NCBI GenBank assembly: GCA_944358505.1
Contig: CALVRG010000027.1
Span: 3,872 to 67,871, forward strand
Origin: an uncultured Bacilli bacterium
GTDB lineage: Bacteria; Bacillota_I; Bacilli_A; RF39; UBA660
Direction: 5' to 3'
Length of the DNA stretch: 64,000 nt
The stretch's first letter is position 1; each line of letters begins with the position of its first letter. The notes under the pieces are model-generated. The model was given only the letters and a program-made list of their open reading frames with translations. It searched no databases and was not told the origin of the DNA. Positions 19,214 to 28,901 of the stretch are shown piece after piece. The position numbers were made by a program, and so were the translations under genes.

Positions 19214-19851
19214 TGATAAGTGCATCTTTCTTAACTAGCAAAAATATTCCAAATACATTAACAAAGTTAAATAAAACAGACGTTGATTATATTCATGTTG
19301 ATGTAAAAGACAATAAATATGTAAGTGGTAAAACGTTGCCTTTTAAACAAATGAAACATATATATAAATTTACAGATAAAAGATTGGATATACATTTAAT
19401 GGTGGATGCACCAAGTAAATACATAAAAGATTATGCTAATTTAAATACCGAATATATTTCTATACATTTAGATACAAAAGAAGACACTCTTATTAATTTA
19501 AAATTAATAAAAGATTATGGTATTAAAGCAGGTATAGTACTAAATCCTAATAATGAAGTTCAAGATCTTATTCCATATTTACCATATATAAGCTTAATAG
19601 TAGTAATGGGAGTGGTACCAGGTGAAGGAGGACAAAAGTTCATTGATTCAACTATAGAAAAATTAAAAGAACTAAATATATTAAAAAAAGAATACCCAAA
19701 TTTTGATTTTAAAATAAGTGTAGATGGTGGAGTAAATAATGTAATTGCAAAAAAAATTAATAAGTTAACTGATATTATTGTTAGTGGCGCTTATATAGTA
19801 GAAAGTGAAGATTATCAAAAACAAATTAATAGTTTACGACTAAAAAGTTAA
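19213..19851 (+). CDS. rpe: Ribulose-phosphate 3-epimerase
   Basis: HVDVKD...DIHLMVDAP...SVDGG motifs. The 212-aa product follows rsgA, as in the Bacillus ylo operon. Confidence 0.85.
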   Translation: MISASFLTSKNIPNTLTKLNKTDVDYIHVDVKDNKYVSGKTLPFKQMKHIYKFTDKRLDIHLMVDAPSKYIKDYANLNTEYISIHLDTKEDTLINLKLIKDYGIKAGIVLNPNNEVQDLIPYLPYISLIVVMGVVPGEGGQKFIDSTIEKLKELNILKKEYPNFDFKISVDGGVNNVIAKKINKLTDIIVSGAYIVESEDYQKQINSLRLKS

Positions 19852-19876
19852 ATGCTATAATTAAAATAGAATAGGA

Positions 19877-20662
19877 GTGGTGTTTATGAATGATGAAAAA
19901 GATAAAACATTAAATCAGGAGACTGAAAATATAGAAACTCCACAAATAGTTATACCTAAAATAGAAGATACTAATGTATCTACCCCTCAAGATAATAAAC
20001 CCCAAGTAATAGAAGTAAAAAAACAAGAAGAGGTTGCAAAAAGTGTAGTAACGAATAAAGAAACTAATAATATAAATAATATAGTAGAAAATAAAAAAAC
20101 AATTAAATCTAAAGATAAGAATGGTCATCCTGTGTTTTTAATTTTACTTATAATACTACTTTTTGCATTTGTATATTTTTTACCAGATATAACTAAATTT
20201 ATTACAGATTATAAAAATGAAAAAAATGGTATTAATGAACTAAAAAGTGGTACGATGACATGCTCATTTACAAATTCTACAAATAGTATAGATTATACCT
20301 ATAAGCTTACACTTAATTATCAAAAAAACAGGTTAAAGAAAAGTACTATGGTAACCACTAATAGACTTTCAGATAATGCTGCTAATAATAGTATCTTAAC
20401 TGAAAAAGAAAATTCTTGCCAATTACTAAAAACTGTTTTAGACGAAAATAATATTGGTATGACTGCTTCCTGTAGTGTTAGTGCAGCAGTTCAAATAACT
20501 ACTCAAAATATAGATTATGAACAATTAGATTTAAACTTTATAACTGCAAACATTGCAGAATTTGAAGGATTCTATCCAGAATATGAATTAAATCAGAGTG
20601 TAACCACTATAGAAAACGAATTAGAAAATAATGGATATATTTGTGAAAGAAATGAACAATAA
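19877..20662 (+). CDS. Hypothetical membrane-anchored protein
   Basis: N-terminal polar low-complexity region, one TM helix (VFLILLIILLFAFVYFL), and a roughly 150-aa extracytoplasmic domain with 4 Cys. It sits where thiN is found in Bacillus. Confidence 0.35.
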   Translation: MVFMNDEKDKTLNQETENIETPQIVIPKIEDTNVSTPQDNKPQVIEVKKQEEVAKSVVTNKETNNINNIVENKKTIKSKDKNGHPVFLILLIILLFAFVYFLPDITKFITDYKNEKNGINELKSGTMTCSFTNSTNSIDYTYKLTLNYQKNRLKKSTMVTTNRLSDNAANNSILTEKENSCQLLKTVLDENNIGMTASCSVSAAVQITTQNIDYEQLDLNFITANIAEFEGFYPEYELNQSVTTIENELENNGYICERNEQ

Positions 20663-20801
20663 TATATAAATTTTACACAAACAAAAAGAAGTTTTGTTGA
20701 AATTACTTCTTTTTTTTGATAAAATAATCGTTGAAAGAATGGATAAGGGCAAAAGATATCACTTTTGTATCTTTTTTTTGAAACTTGAAGGATGTGAAAA
20801 A

Positions 20802-22703
20802 ATGTCAGTTAAATATGATGATAGTTCAATAAAAATATTAGAAGGATTAGAAGCAGTAAGAAAAAGACCAGGAATGTATATAGGTTCTACTGATAAGAGA
20901 GGATTACATCATTTAGTATGGGAAATTGTTGATAATTCTATAGATGAAGCTATAAATGGTTATGGTAACCATATTGTTATTACTATTCATACTGATAAAA
21001 GTATTAGTATTTCAGATGAAGGACGTGGCTTACCTGTTGGTATGCACGCATCGGGAAAACCTACACCTGAAGTTATATATACAGTACTACATGCTGGAGG
21101 TAAGTTTGAAGAATCAGGCTATAAAGTATCAGGGGGATTACATGGTGTTGGAGGTAGTGTAGTTAATGCTCTATCAAAATGGATGGAAGTAACCATTAGA
21201 AGAGATAAAGGAGAATACTTTATTCGGTTTAAAAATGGTGGTGAAGTAGATAAACCCCTAAAAAAAATAGGTACTACTAATAAAACTGGTACAACAGTTA
21301 GATTCTTACCCGATGATGAAATATTTTCAACAACTAATTTTTCATATACAACTATATGTGAAAGAATGCAAGAATCTGCCTTTCTTCTTAAAGGACTAAC
21401 TATAGAAGTGCATGATGAAGAAGATGATCGTTATGCTAAATTTTGTTATGAAACAGGACTAGTTGCTTTTGTAGAATATTTAAATGAAGATAAAACTACA
21501 TTACACAATGTTTTAGATTTTGATGGTGTTAAAAATAAAATTGATGTTGAAATTGCAATGCAATACACTGATACCTATGGAGAAAATATCGTTTCATTTG
21601 TTAACAATGTCAAAACTAGTGATGGAGGTACTCATGAAGTAGGATTTAAAACAGCTCTTACTCGAGTTTTTAATGACTATGCTAGAAACAATGGTTTTAT
21701 CAAAGGTAAAGAAAAAGCATTAGAAGGAAGCGATGTTAGAGAGGGATTAACAGCGGTTATTTCTTTAAAAATACCTGAAAATCTATTACAATTTGAAGGG
21801 CAAACTAAAGGTAAGCTAGGAACTCCTCAAGCTAGAACAATAGTTGATGCAATTGTTAGTGAAAAACTACAATTTTTCCTAGAAGAAAATAAAACCATTG
21901 CAACAGACATTATTAATAAATCATTAAAAAGTAAAATAGCAAGAGAAGCAGCACGGAAGGCAAGAGAAGAAGCAAGAAAAGGTAAAAGCAAAAATCCTAA
22001 AGAAAGGGCATTGTCAGGAAAACTTACTCCTGCCCAATCTAAAGATAAAACAAAAAAAGAGTTATTCTTAGTAGAGGGAGATTCTGCTGGTGGATCAGCT
22101 AAACAAGGCCGTGATAGAAAATATCAAGCAATTCTTCCTTTGCGCGGTAAAGTTTTAAATACTGAGAAAGCGAAAGTAGAAGATATATTAAAAAATGAAG
22201 AAATTAACACAATGATTTATACAATAGGGGCAGGGTATGGTGCTAATTTTGATATAAATGATTGTGAATATAGTAAGGTAATAATTATGAGTGATGCTGA
22301 TGAAGATGGCGGACATATTCAGTGTTTACTCTTAACTTTTTTCTATCGATATATGAGACCATTAATAGAGGATGGGCGCCTTTATGTAGCTCTACCACCA
22401 TTATTTAAAATTCAAAGTGGTAAAAACATAGAATATGCATATACAGTAGAAGAAATGAAAGAAAAATCAAAAGGAAAAAAATGTGAAATACAAAGATATA
22501 AGGGACTTGGTGAAATGAATGCTGATCAATTATGTGAAACAACAATGAAACCAGGAAGTAGAACGTTGATTAGAGTAAAAATAGAAGATGCACAGCTAGC
22601 AGAAAAACGTGTTTCTGTTTTAATGGGAGATGAAGTTGCACCAAGAAAAGAATGGATAGATGAAAATGTTGAGTTCACATTAGAAGATGATTATAAAATA
22701 TAG
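20802..22703 (+). CDS. parE: DNA topoisomerase IV subunit B (ParE); type IIA topoisomerase ATPase/TOPRIM subunit
   Basis: GHKL ATPase and TOPRIM motifs (EGLEAVRKRPGMYIGS, LVEGDSAGGSAK, PLRGKVLN, MSDADEDGGHI). The track ORF extends upstream to 20694, but the conserved N-terminus begins at MSVKYDD (ATG 20802). I call it ParE rather than GyrB because the locus is away from any dnaA/recF context and the partner gene lacks a GyrA box. Confidence 0.8.
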   Translation: MSVKYDDSSIKILEGLEAVRKRPGMYIGSTDKRGLHHLVWEIVDNSIDEAINGYGNHIVITIHTDKSISISDEGRGLPVGMHASGKPTPEVIYTVLHAGGKFEESGYKVSGGLHGVGGSVVNALSKWMEVTIRRDKGEYFIRFKNGGEVDKPLKKIGTTNKTGTTVRFLPDDEIFSTTNFSYTTICERMQESAFLLKGLTIEVHDEEDDRYAKFCYETGLVAFVEYLNEDKTTLHNVLDFDGVKNKIDVEIAMQYTDTYGENIVSFVNNVKTSDGGTHEVGFKTALTRVFNDYARNNGFIKGKEKALEGSDVREGLTAVISLKIPENLLQFEGQTKGKLGTPQARTIVDAIVSEKLQFFLEENKTIATDIINKSLKSKIAREAARKAREEARKGKSKNPKERALSGKLTPAQSKDKTKKELFLVEGDSAGGSAKQGRDRKYQAILPLRGKVLNTEKAKVEDILKNEEINTMIYTIGAGYGANFDINDCEYSKVIIMSDADEDGGHIQCLLLTFFYRYMRPLIEDGRLYVALPPLFKIQSGKNIEYAYTVEEMKEKSKGKKCEIQRYKGLGEMNADQLCETTMKPGSRTLIRVKIEDAQLAEKRVSVLMGDEVAPRKEWIDENVEFTLEDDYKI

Positions 22704-22716
22704 GAAGTGAAATTTA

Positions 22717-25230
22717 ATGGCAAAGACAACTGAAACAAAAAAAGTGTTAGAAAGAATTTGGGATTATACACTTGAAGATATAATGGGTGAAAGATTTGGA
22801 AGTTATTCCAAATACATTATTCAAGAACGCGCTATCCCAGATGCAAGAGATGGATTAAAACCAGTTCAACGCCGTATCCTTTATTCTATGTATAAAGAAA
22901 AAAATACATATGATAAAGGCTATCGTAAAAGTGCTAAGACAGTAGGGGATGTTATAGGTAATTATCATCCACATGGTGATACATCAATATATGATGCAAT
23001 GGTTCGTATGAGTCAGCCATGGAAAACAAGACTTCCATATATTGATATGCATGGAAATAATGGTTCTATTGACGGCGATAGCCCAGCTGCTTATCGTTAT
23101 ACAGAAGCACGTCTATCTAAAATATCTAATGAAATGATTCGCGATATAAATAAGGATACTGTAGAAATGGCACCTAACTTTGATGATACGACTTTAGAAC
23201 CAACAGTTTTGCCAGCCAGATTTCCAGCTCTTTTAGTATATGGAGCTATGGGTATATCAGCGGGATATGCTACAAACATACCACCTCATAATTTGGGAGA
23301 AGTAATAGATGCCACTATTCATAGAATTGATAATCCAAACTGTTCTTTAGATACTTTAATGAAATATGTAAAAGGCCCTGATTTTCCAACTGGCGGAATT
23401 GTAGAAGGAATTAAAGGCATAAGAGAGGCTTACGAAACAGGAAAAGGTAAAGTTATTATTAGAAGTAAATATAAATTTGATAATAATTCTTTAATTATAA
23501 CAGAAATACCATTTGAAGTTAATAAAGCTTTACTTGTAAAAAAAATAGATGATATTAGACTCGATAAAAAAATAGACGGCATTGTTGAAATAAGGGATGA
23601 GTCAGCCGAGGATGTTAGAATTGTTATTGATCTAAAGAAAAACTTAACTTCTGATAATAAAGAATTAATTGTAAATTACCTATTAAAAAATACTGATTTA
23701 CAAATTAGTTATAATTTTAATATGATTGCAATAGTTAATAAACGTCCTAGACTTTTAGGATTAAAACAAGCATTAGATGCTTTTATTAACCACCAAAAAG
23801 AAGTAATAATTCGGCGTAGTAACTTTGATTTAGAACATGCTAAGAAAGAATTGCATATAGTAGAAGGTCTTATTAAATGTTTATCTATATTAGATGAAGT
23901 TATTAAAGTAATTAGAGCATCTAAAAACAAAGTTAATGCAAAAGAAAATTTAGTAAAAGAATTTGACTTTACTTTAGAACAGGCAGAAGCAATTGTAACA
24001 TTACAATTATATCGTTTAACTAATACTGATGTAGTTGAATTAGAAGAAAGGCTTGCAACTTTAAGAAAAATAATTGAAGGATTAACAGCTATATTAGGTA
24101 ATGAAGAAGTATTAAAAAAAGTCATGAAAGATGAACTTCGTAAAGTAAGAAATGAATATGCACTTCCTCGTTTAACAGAAATTAAAGAAGAGATAACAGA
24201 AATAAAAATAGATACAACAGTTATGATTCCTAAAGAGGATGTAATAATTACATTAAGCAAAGATGGTTATATTAAAAGAACTAGTTTAAAGAGTTATAGT
24301 GCAAATAAGGAAGAAGAAACAACTTTAAAAGAGAGTGATTACTTAATAGGATTATATGAAGCCAACACACTTGATAACTTACTTGTATTTACTAATTTAG
24401 GTAATTTCCTATTTATACCAGTTTATACTATATATGATTTAAAATGGAAAGATTTAGGAAAACATATTAGTAATTTAGTTCCACTAGAAGAAAGTGAAGA
24501 AATTATTGCATCTATATTAGTTAAAGATTTTAATAGCAATTCCAATGTAATAATTACAACAACTAATGGTATGATAAAAAGAACACCTTTAAGTGAATTT
24601 AAAATAACAAGAATTTCAAAACCAAGTTGTTGCATTAAATTAAAAGAAAATGATCAAGTAGTAGATGTAATGCTAGATAAATCAAATGATATTCTTATCG
24701 CTACTTATAGAGGATATGGATTATGGTTTGAAAAGCAGGAAATACCAATTGTTGGTATTAAAGCAAGTGGTGTTAAAGCAATAAACTTAAAAGATGACGT
24801 TATAGTTAGCATAATTAATTTTGATGAAAATAATAGCGATTATCTTACAATAATTACTGATAAAGGTACTGGAAAAAGAGTTAAATTAAAAGAGTTTGAA
24901 AAAAGCAGTAGAGCAAGAAGAGGCTTAATGACTATTCGTGATGTTAAGACTAATCCATATCATGTTATTAAAGCTTTAATGCCAACTAATAAAGATCATA
25001 TTGGTTTAAAAAATGGAGAAATTACTATGATAAAACCAACAGAATTACCAATAGCAGATCGATATTCAACAGGATGTACAATTAATAAAGGTGGGCTAAA
25101 CAGTGCTTTCATTTACAAAACACTTGAAGAAAATCAACACTCTTTAGAAGAACAAGTACCTAAAAAGGAACAAATATCATTAGAGGATATAGATAAAAGA
25201 CTAATAACTATAGATGACTTTCTAAAATAA
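22717..25230 (+). CDS. parC: DNA topoisomerase IV subunit A (ParC)
   Basis: The active-site region (AAYRYTEARL) is present, along with GyrA/ParC N-terminal motifs (RDGLKPVQRR, HPHGD). I found no QRRGGKG GyrA-box in the C-terminal domain. Confidence 0.8.
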   Translation: MAKTTETKKVLERIWDYTLEDIMGERFGSYSKYIIQERAIPDARDGLKPVQRRILYSMYKEKNTYDKGYRKSAKTVGDVIGNYHPHGDTSIYDAMVRMSQPWKTRLPYIDMHGNNGSIDGDSPAAYRYTEARLSKISNEMIRDINKDTVEMAPNFDDTTLEPTVLPARFPALLVYGAMGISAGYATNIPPHNLGEVIDATIHRIDNPNCSLDTLMKYVKGPDFPTGGIVEGIKGIREAYETGKGKVIIRSKYKFDNNSLIITEIPFEVNKALLVKKIDDIRLDKKIDGIVEIRDESAEDVRIVIDLKKNLTSDNKELIVNYLLKNTDLQISYNFNMIAIVNKRPRLLGLKQALDAFINHQKEVIIRRSNFDLEHAKKELHIVEGLIKCLSILDEVIKVIRASKNKVNAKENLVKEFDFTLEQAEAIVTLQLYRLTNTDVVELEERLATLRKIIEGLTAILGNEEVLKKVMKDELRKVRNEYALPRLTEIKEEITEIKIDTTVMIPKEDVIITLSKDGYIKRTSLKSYSANKEEETTLKESDYLIGLYEANTLDNLLVFTNLGNFLFIPVYTIYDLKWKDLGKHISNLVPLEESEEIIASILVKDFNSNSNVIITTTNGMIKRTPLSEFKITRISKPSCCIKLKENDQVVDVMLDKSNDILIATYRGYGLWFEKQEIPIVGIKASGVKAINLKDDVIVSIINFDENNSDYLTIITDKGTGKRVKLKEFEKSSRARRGLMTIRDVKTNPYHVIKALMPTNKDHIGLKNGEITMIKPTELPIADRYSTGCTINKGGLNSAFIYKTLEENQHSLEEQVPKKEQISLEDIDKRLITIDDFLK

Positions 25231-25243
25231 GAGAGTCTTTTTT
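25216..25243 (+). terminator. Rho-independent terminator overlapping the parC stop
   Basis: gactttct-aaaata-agagagtc hairpin with one G:U pair, followed by a T6 run. Confidence 0.5.
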
Positions 25244-25270
25244 CTTTGTACATTACATATTATTTAATAG

Positions 25271-25633
25271 GTGAAGTGTATGTCAAAAGAAACCTTTAAG
25301 GAATTTATTAGGAGAAAACCTGAATTAGCTCAAGCTGTATTTAACAATAAGATTACTTTTCAAAAATTATATGAAGTCTATGATATGTATGGTGAAAACA
25401 ATGATATTTTTGAAAAATTAATAACTTCAAGACAAGAAGAAAAAGAAAATAATTCAGTTCCTTTTAAAGAAATAACGAACTTGTTTAGAAATATTGATTT
25501 GGATACTGTTCAAAAAAGTGTTAATGGTCTTCAAAAAGCAGTGAATTTAATTAGTGAAATGGTCCCAAAAAACAATAATATTATAAATAACAGCTACGAA
25601 GAAAGACCAATTAATAAATATTATGAGGATTAA
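25271..25633 (+). CDS. Hypothetical small protein (possibly YlbD-like)
   Basis: A 120-aa ORF in the position of ylbD relative to the ylbE-like and rsmD genes. No motif I recognise. Confidence 0.3.
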   Translation: MKCMSKETFKEFIRRKPELAQAVFNNKITFQKLYEVYDMYGENNDIFEKLITSRQEEKENNSVPFKEITNLFRNIDLDTVQKSVNGLQKAVNLISEMVPKNNNIINNSYEERPINKYYED

Positions 25634-25854
25634 TGCAAGTAGAAGTAAGATTAAAAATAAAAAAAGATTCAAATTTATATAGATATTTAAGAGAAAATTC
25701 ATATTGGTATAAATATTTAAATAGGAATCCAATTTATATAAAACAATTAGAAGAAGAAATGAAAGAAAAATATCGTTTAAGATCAGTAGATAAAATAGAA
25801 AATATTTCTAATACTATGAAAATGTTACAATCTTTTTTAGAAATTATGAAATAG
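25633..25854 (+). CDS. YlbE-like small protein
   Basis: YLRENSYWYKYLNRNP resembles the YlbE pattern (FLREQP.WYR.LSRNP). The 73-aa product has a start overlapping the preceding stop. Confidence 0.4.
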   Translation: MQVEVRLKIKKDSNLYRYLRENSYWYKYLNRNPIYIKQLEEEMKEKYRLRSVDKIENISNTMKMLQSFLEIMK

Positions 25855-25971
25855 CAAAAACTATTTCTTTTTAACGTAAAAATATAGAGAGTATTTAATA
25901 GTCTAATTATATTTTACTATAGAAAAACTTGAGCAAAATATGATATATTATAAAAAGAAAAGAGGAATACT

Positions 25972-26253
25972 ATGGATTACATTTTAATTTACCAAGAACT
26001 TCTATCTAATATTAAGAATTCTAAATTAAGTTTTGAACTAAAAGAAGCCTTAAATAATATATATAATGACTATAGATTATTAGATACTATAAACAAATAT
26101 AAAATAACTCATGATGAAAAATTAAGAAATAAAATATATGAAAATAAAAACTTTATGAGATATAAACATTTAGAAAATGAAACTAACATGCTTATATTAA
26201 AATTAAATAAAGTATTTAAAGAATTAGAGGGAGTAACTTATGAAAGTGATTAG
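25972..26253 (+). CDS. Hypothetical small helical protein (possibly YlbF/YmcA-like)
   Basis: A 93-aa ORF overlapping the rsmD start. Assignment is by position in a ylb-like cluster only. Confidence 0.3.
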   Translation: MDYILIYQELLSNIKNSKLSFELKEALNNIYNDYRLLDTINKYKITHDEKLRNKIYENKNFMRYKHLENETNMLILKLNKVFKELEGVTYESD

Positions 26254-26788
26254 TGGTAAATATAAAGGTAGAATATTAAGAGGATATACATTAAAAGGTA
26301 CAAGACCTACTATGGATAGAGTAAAAGAATCATTATTTGCAATCATAAATAAAAAAATAGAAGGAAGTGTATGTTTAGATTTGTTTGCAGGCAGTGGTGC
26401 ATTAGGAATTGAAGCTTTGAGTATGGGTGCTAAAGAAGTTATCTTTGTGGATAAAGAATATATGGCTACTAAAACTATTAATAGTAATTTAAAAATGCTA
26501 GGAAATGAACAAGAAAATATTATTATTTTAACTATGGACTATTTAAAAGCTTTAACAAAGTTATATCCTAGAAAAATTGACATTATCTTTTTAGATCCGC
26601 CATACAAAACAGATTATTTAAAGTATTCTTTAAAAAAAATTGAGGAGTTAAACCTTCTTTCAAAAGATGGAATTATTATACTAGAAAGTGATGATTTGAA
26701 TAAATTAGAATATGATGATTATTATGAAGAACTTAAAACTAGGAAATATGGAGATAAATATATTAGAATATTAAAAAATAAGAGATAA
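26240..26788 (+). CDS. rsmD: 16S rRNA (guanine966-N2)-methyltransferase RsmD
   Basis: SAM-binding motif LDLFAGSGALGIEALSMGA and the DPPY catalytic motif (FLDPPYK). 182 aa. Confidence 0.8.
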   Translation: MKVISGKYKGRILRGYTLKGTRPTMDRVKESLFAIINKKIEGSVCLDLFAGSGALGIEALSMGAKEVIFVDKEYMATKTINSNLKMLGNEQENIIILTMDYLKALTKLYPRKIDIIFLDPPYKTDYLKYSLKKIEELNLLSKDGIIILESDDLNKLEYDDYYEELKTRKYGDKYIRILKNKR

Positions 26789-26795
26789 ATATCTC

Positions 26796-28169
26796 TTATT
26801 TTTTATTGATTGTAAAATAGAAAGTTGTCCCTTTATTAATTTTAGAAATAACACCATATTTATAATCATGTAATAACAAAATATTTTTAACAATAGAAAG
26901 TCCAAGTCCAGTTCCATAAACATAGCGCTTATGATTTTTTTTACTACGATAATATCTATCAAAAATATGCTTGCATTCTTCCTCACTAATACCAGCTCCA
27001 CTATCAATAACCATAATTTTATAACAATTATCTAATTCACAAACTTTAACAATAACTTTTTTGTCTTTACCAGTATAATTTAAAGCATTATTAAGAAGAT
27101 TATATATAACTTGCTCAATTTTTTTGCTATCGGCATTAATTATTAGATGATCAATACCATCATGAATGAATTCAATATTATAACCATCTTTAATAACATA
27201 AATATTATGTTGTGTTACTATTTTTTTAATTAACTTAATCAAATCAAAATCACATTTATTGACATTGTCTAAATTATTTTCGACTTTAGTCAAAGTAAGA
27301 ATATCATTAACTAAATTATTTAAACGATCAACTTCATCAATGATAATATTTAAGTTATCTCTACATTTCTTTTTATCGTTAATATTAATGTCTAAAATTA
27401 ACTCTGCATAAGCCTTAATCATAGTAAGAGGAGTCTTTAAATCATGAGAAACATTAGCCATTAAATCTTTTTGCAACTCCTCTGTTTTAGATAATTCAAT
27501 TTTCATGTCATTTAAAGAATTAGTTAATTCAACTAGTTCTTTTATATCACTATTAGTTTTAAAATTTGTCTTAAGTTTCCCTTTAGCAATTAAATCAGCT
27601 GCTTTAGATATTTGAGTGATAGGGTTAGATAATCTTCTAGAAATAAAATAAGCAACTATTATACTAAAAAGTAAAACTACAATACTAACAATTATTAATT
27701 GCTGTTCAATTATATTAACAGTAGAGTTTAACGGGATTAAAGAAGTGGAAATAAAAATATAAAGATTATCATTTAATTTAGTAGCACTCATAATGCTTTT
27801 TTCTTTAGTAAATGCATTAATTAAATTATAAGTTTTAGTTTTTTTATTACTAAGAATAAATTTCTGCTTAATTTCTTTAGTTCTTAAATGACAACTATTA
27901 TTAAGAGTAGAATATAAATTATCTCCATCATTATTACTAAGTTCTATACAAACATTTTCTTGATAAGATAATTTATCAAGTTTTTCATATAAAGCACTAT
28001 CTGTTTCTGTAACTAAAATGCTACTAGAAAGCCGCTTAATTGTTTTAGTTTTTATCCATTCATAAAAACTATTAATAAATATAACTTGAAAAAAGAAAAG
28101 AAATAAAAGAATAAAAATAGAAAATACCGCTAAATATATAAATATTTTAGTAGATAATTTATTTTTCAT
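26796..28169 (-). CDS. Sensor histidine kinase (two TM segments, extracellular loop, HAMP, HisKA, HATPase)
   Basis: H-box SHDLKTPLTMIKAYAELILD, N-box LLNNALNYTG, G-boxes DSGAGISEE/GTGLGLSIV. It overlaps the 3' end of the response-regulator ORF by 11 nt. Confidence 0.8.
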   Translation of the reverse strand: MKNKLSTKIFIYLAVFSIFILLFLFFFQVIFINSFYEWIKTKTIKRLSSSILVTETDSALYEKLDKLSYQENVCIELSNNDGDNLYSTLNNSCHLRTKEIKQKFILSNKKTKTYNLINAFTKEKSIMSATKLNDNLYIFISTSLIPLNSTVNIIEQQLIIVSIVVLLFSIIVAYFISRRLSNPITQISKAADLIAKGKLKTNFKTNSDIKELVELTNSLNDMKIELSKTEELQKDLMANVSHDLKTPLTMIKAYAELILDININDKKKCRDNLNIIIDEVDRLNNLVNDILTLTKVENNLDNVNKCDFDLIKLIKKIVTQHNIYVIKDGYNIEFIHDGIDHLIINADSKKIEQVIYNLLNNALNYTGKDKKVIVKVCELDNCYKIMVIDSGAGISEEECKHIFDRYYRSKKNHKRYVYGTGLGLSIVKNILLLHDYKYGVISKINKGTTFYFTINKK

Positions 28170-28837
28170 CGTTAAACTTATATCCTATTCCTCTAACAGT
28201 AACAATTAAATCTCTATATTTTCCTAAATTATTTCTTAACATCTTAATATGGGTATCAACAGTTCTGTTATCACCATAAAAATCATATCCCCAAATTTTA
28301 TTTAATAATTGTTCCCTTGAAATAGCTATTTTTTTATTATTAATAAAATATTCTATCAACTCAAATTCTTTTGGTGTAACTTTTATCTCTTTATTATTAA
28401 TTTTAACAGTATGTTCTATAAAATCAACAACTAACTGATCATATATATACATTAATCTCATTTTTTGTTCTTCTAACAATTGCTTTAATTCTAGCAAATA
28501 ACTCTCTAGGAGAAAAAGGTTTACATATATAATCATCAATACCTTTATCAAAACCATTTAACTTATCAATTTCTTCATCCCTAGCTGATAAAATAATAGT
28601 AGGTATTTTCTTTTCTTTGGGAATATTACCAAGTAAAGCAAAACCATCCATTAAAGGCATCATAATATCTAAAATCATTAAATCAAATTTTTCTTTCCTC
28701 AAAAGTTCTAAAGCTTTAATACCATTATCTGCTTCTGTAATTTCATATCCTTCTAAAAGTGCATACTCTTTAATAACTTCTCTAATATTTTTTTCATCAT
28801 CCACAACTAAAATTTTTATTTTTTGCATAGAATTCAC
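28159..28837 (-). pseudogene. OmpR/PhoB-family response regulator interrupted by a frameshift (REC domain in 28439..28837; winged-helix domain in 28159..28557 in another frame)
   Basis: The REC domain (VDDE...DLMILDIMMPLMDG...KPF) terminates at NVYI*. The winged-helix Trans_reg_C domain (KEFELIEYFINNKKIAISREQLLNKIWGYDF...GIGYKF) continues in the +1 frame. The two overlap across an A6 run and a (TA)5 tract at about 28441-28470. An intact product would be about 228 aa. Confidence 0.7.
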
Positions 28838-28901
28838 CTCTTTGCTTTATATTATAACGTAAATTAACTAATTTTAATATAATTTTGTCTAAAAAGGAAG
28901 T

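Noticed and set aside
20694-20801. N-terminal 36-codon extension of the parE ORF (MLKLLLFFDKIIVERMDKGKRYHFCIFFLKLEGCEK)
   Set aside because: Type II topoisomerase B subunits begin at the conserved MS.KY...I..L.GLEAVRKRPGMYIGS block, and an ATG at 20802 sits directly before it. The upstream stretch is AT-rich leader without conservation, so I set the start at 20802.
20802-25230. Calling the topoisomerase pair gyrB/gyrA
   Set aside because: The pair is not in the dnaA-dnaN-recF-gyrB-gyrA origin context. I could not find a GyrA-box (QRRGGKG-like) in the C-terminal domain of the A subunit. I therefore assigned ParE/ParC. This remains a judgement from sequence reading without alignment.
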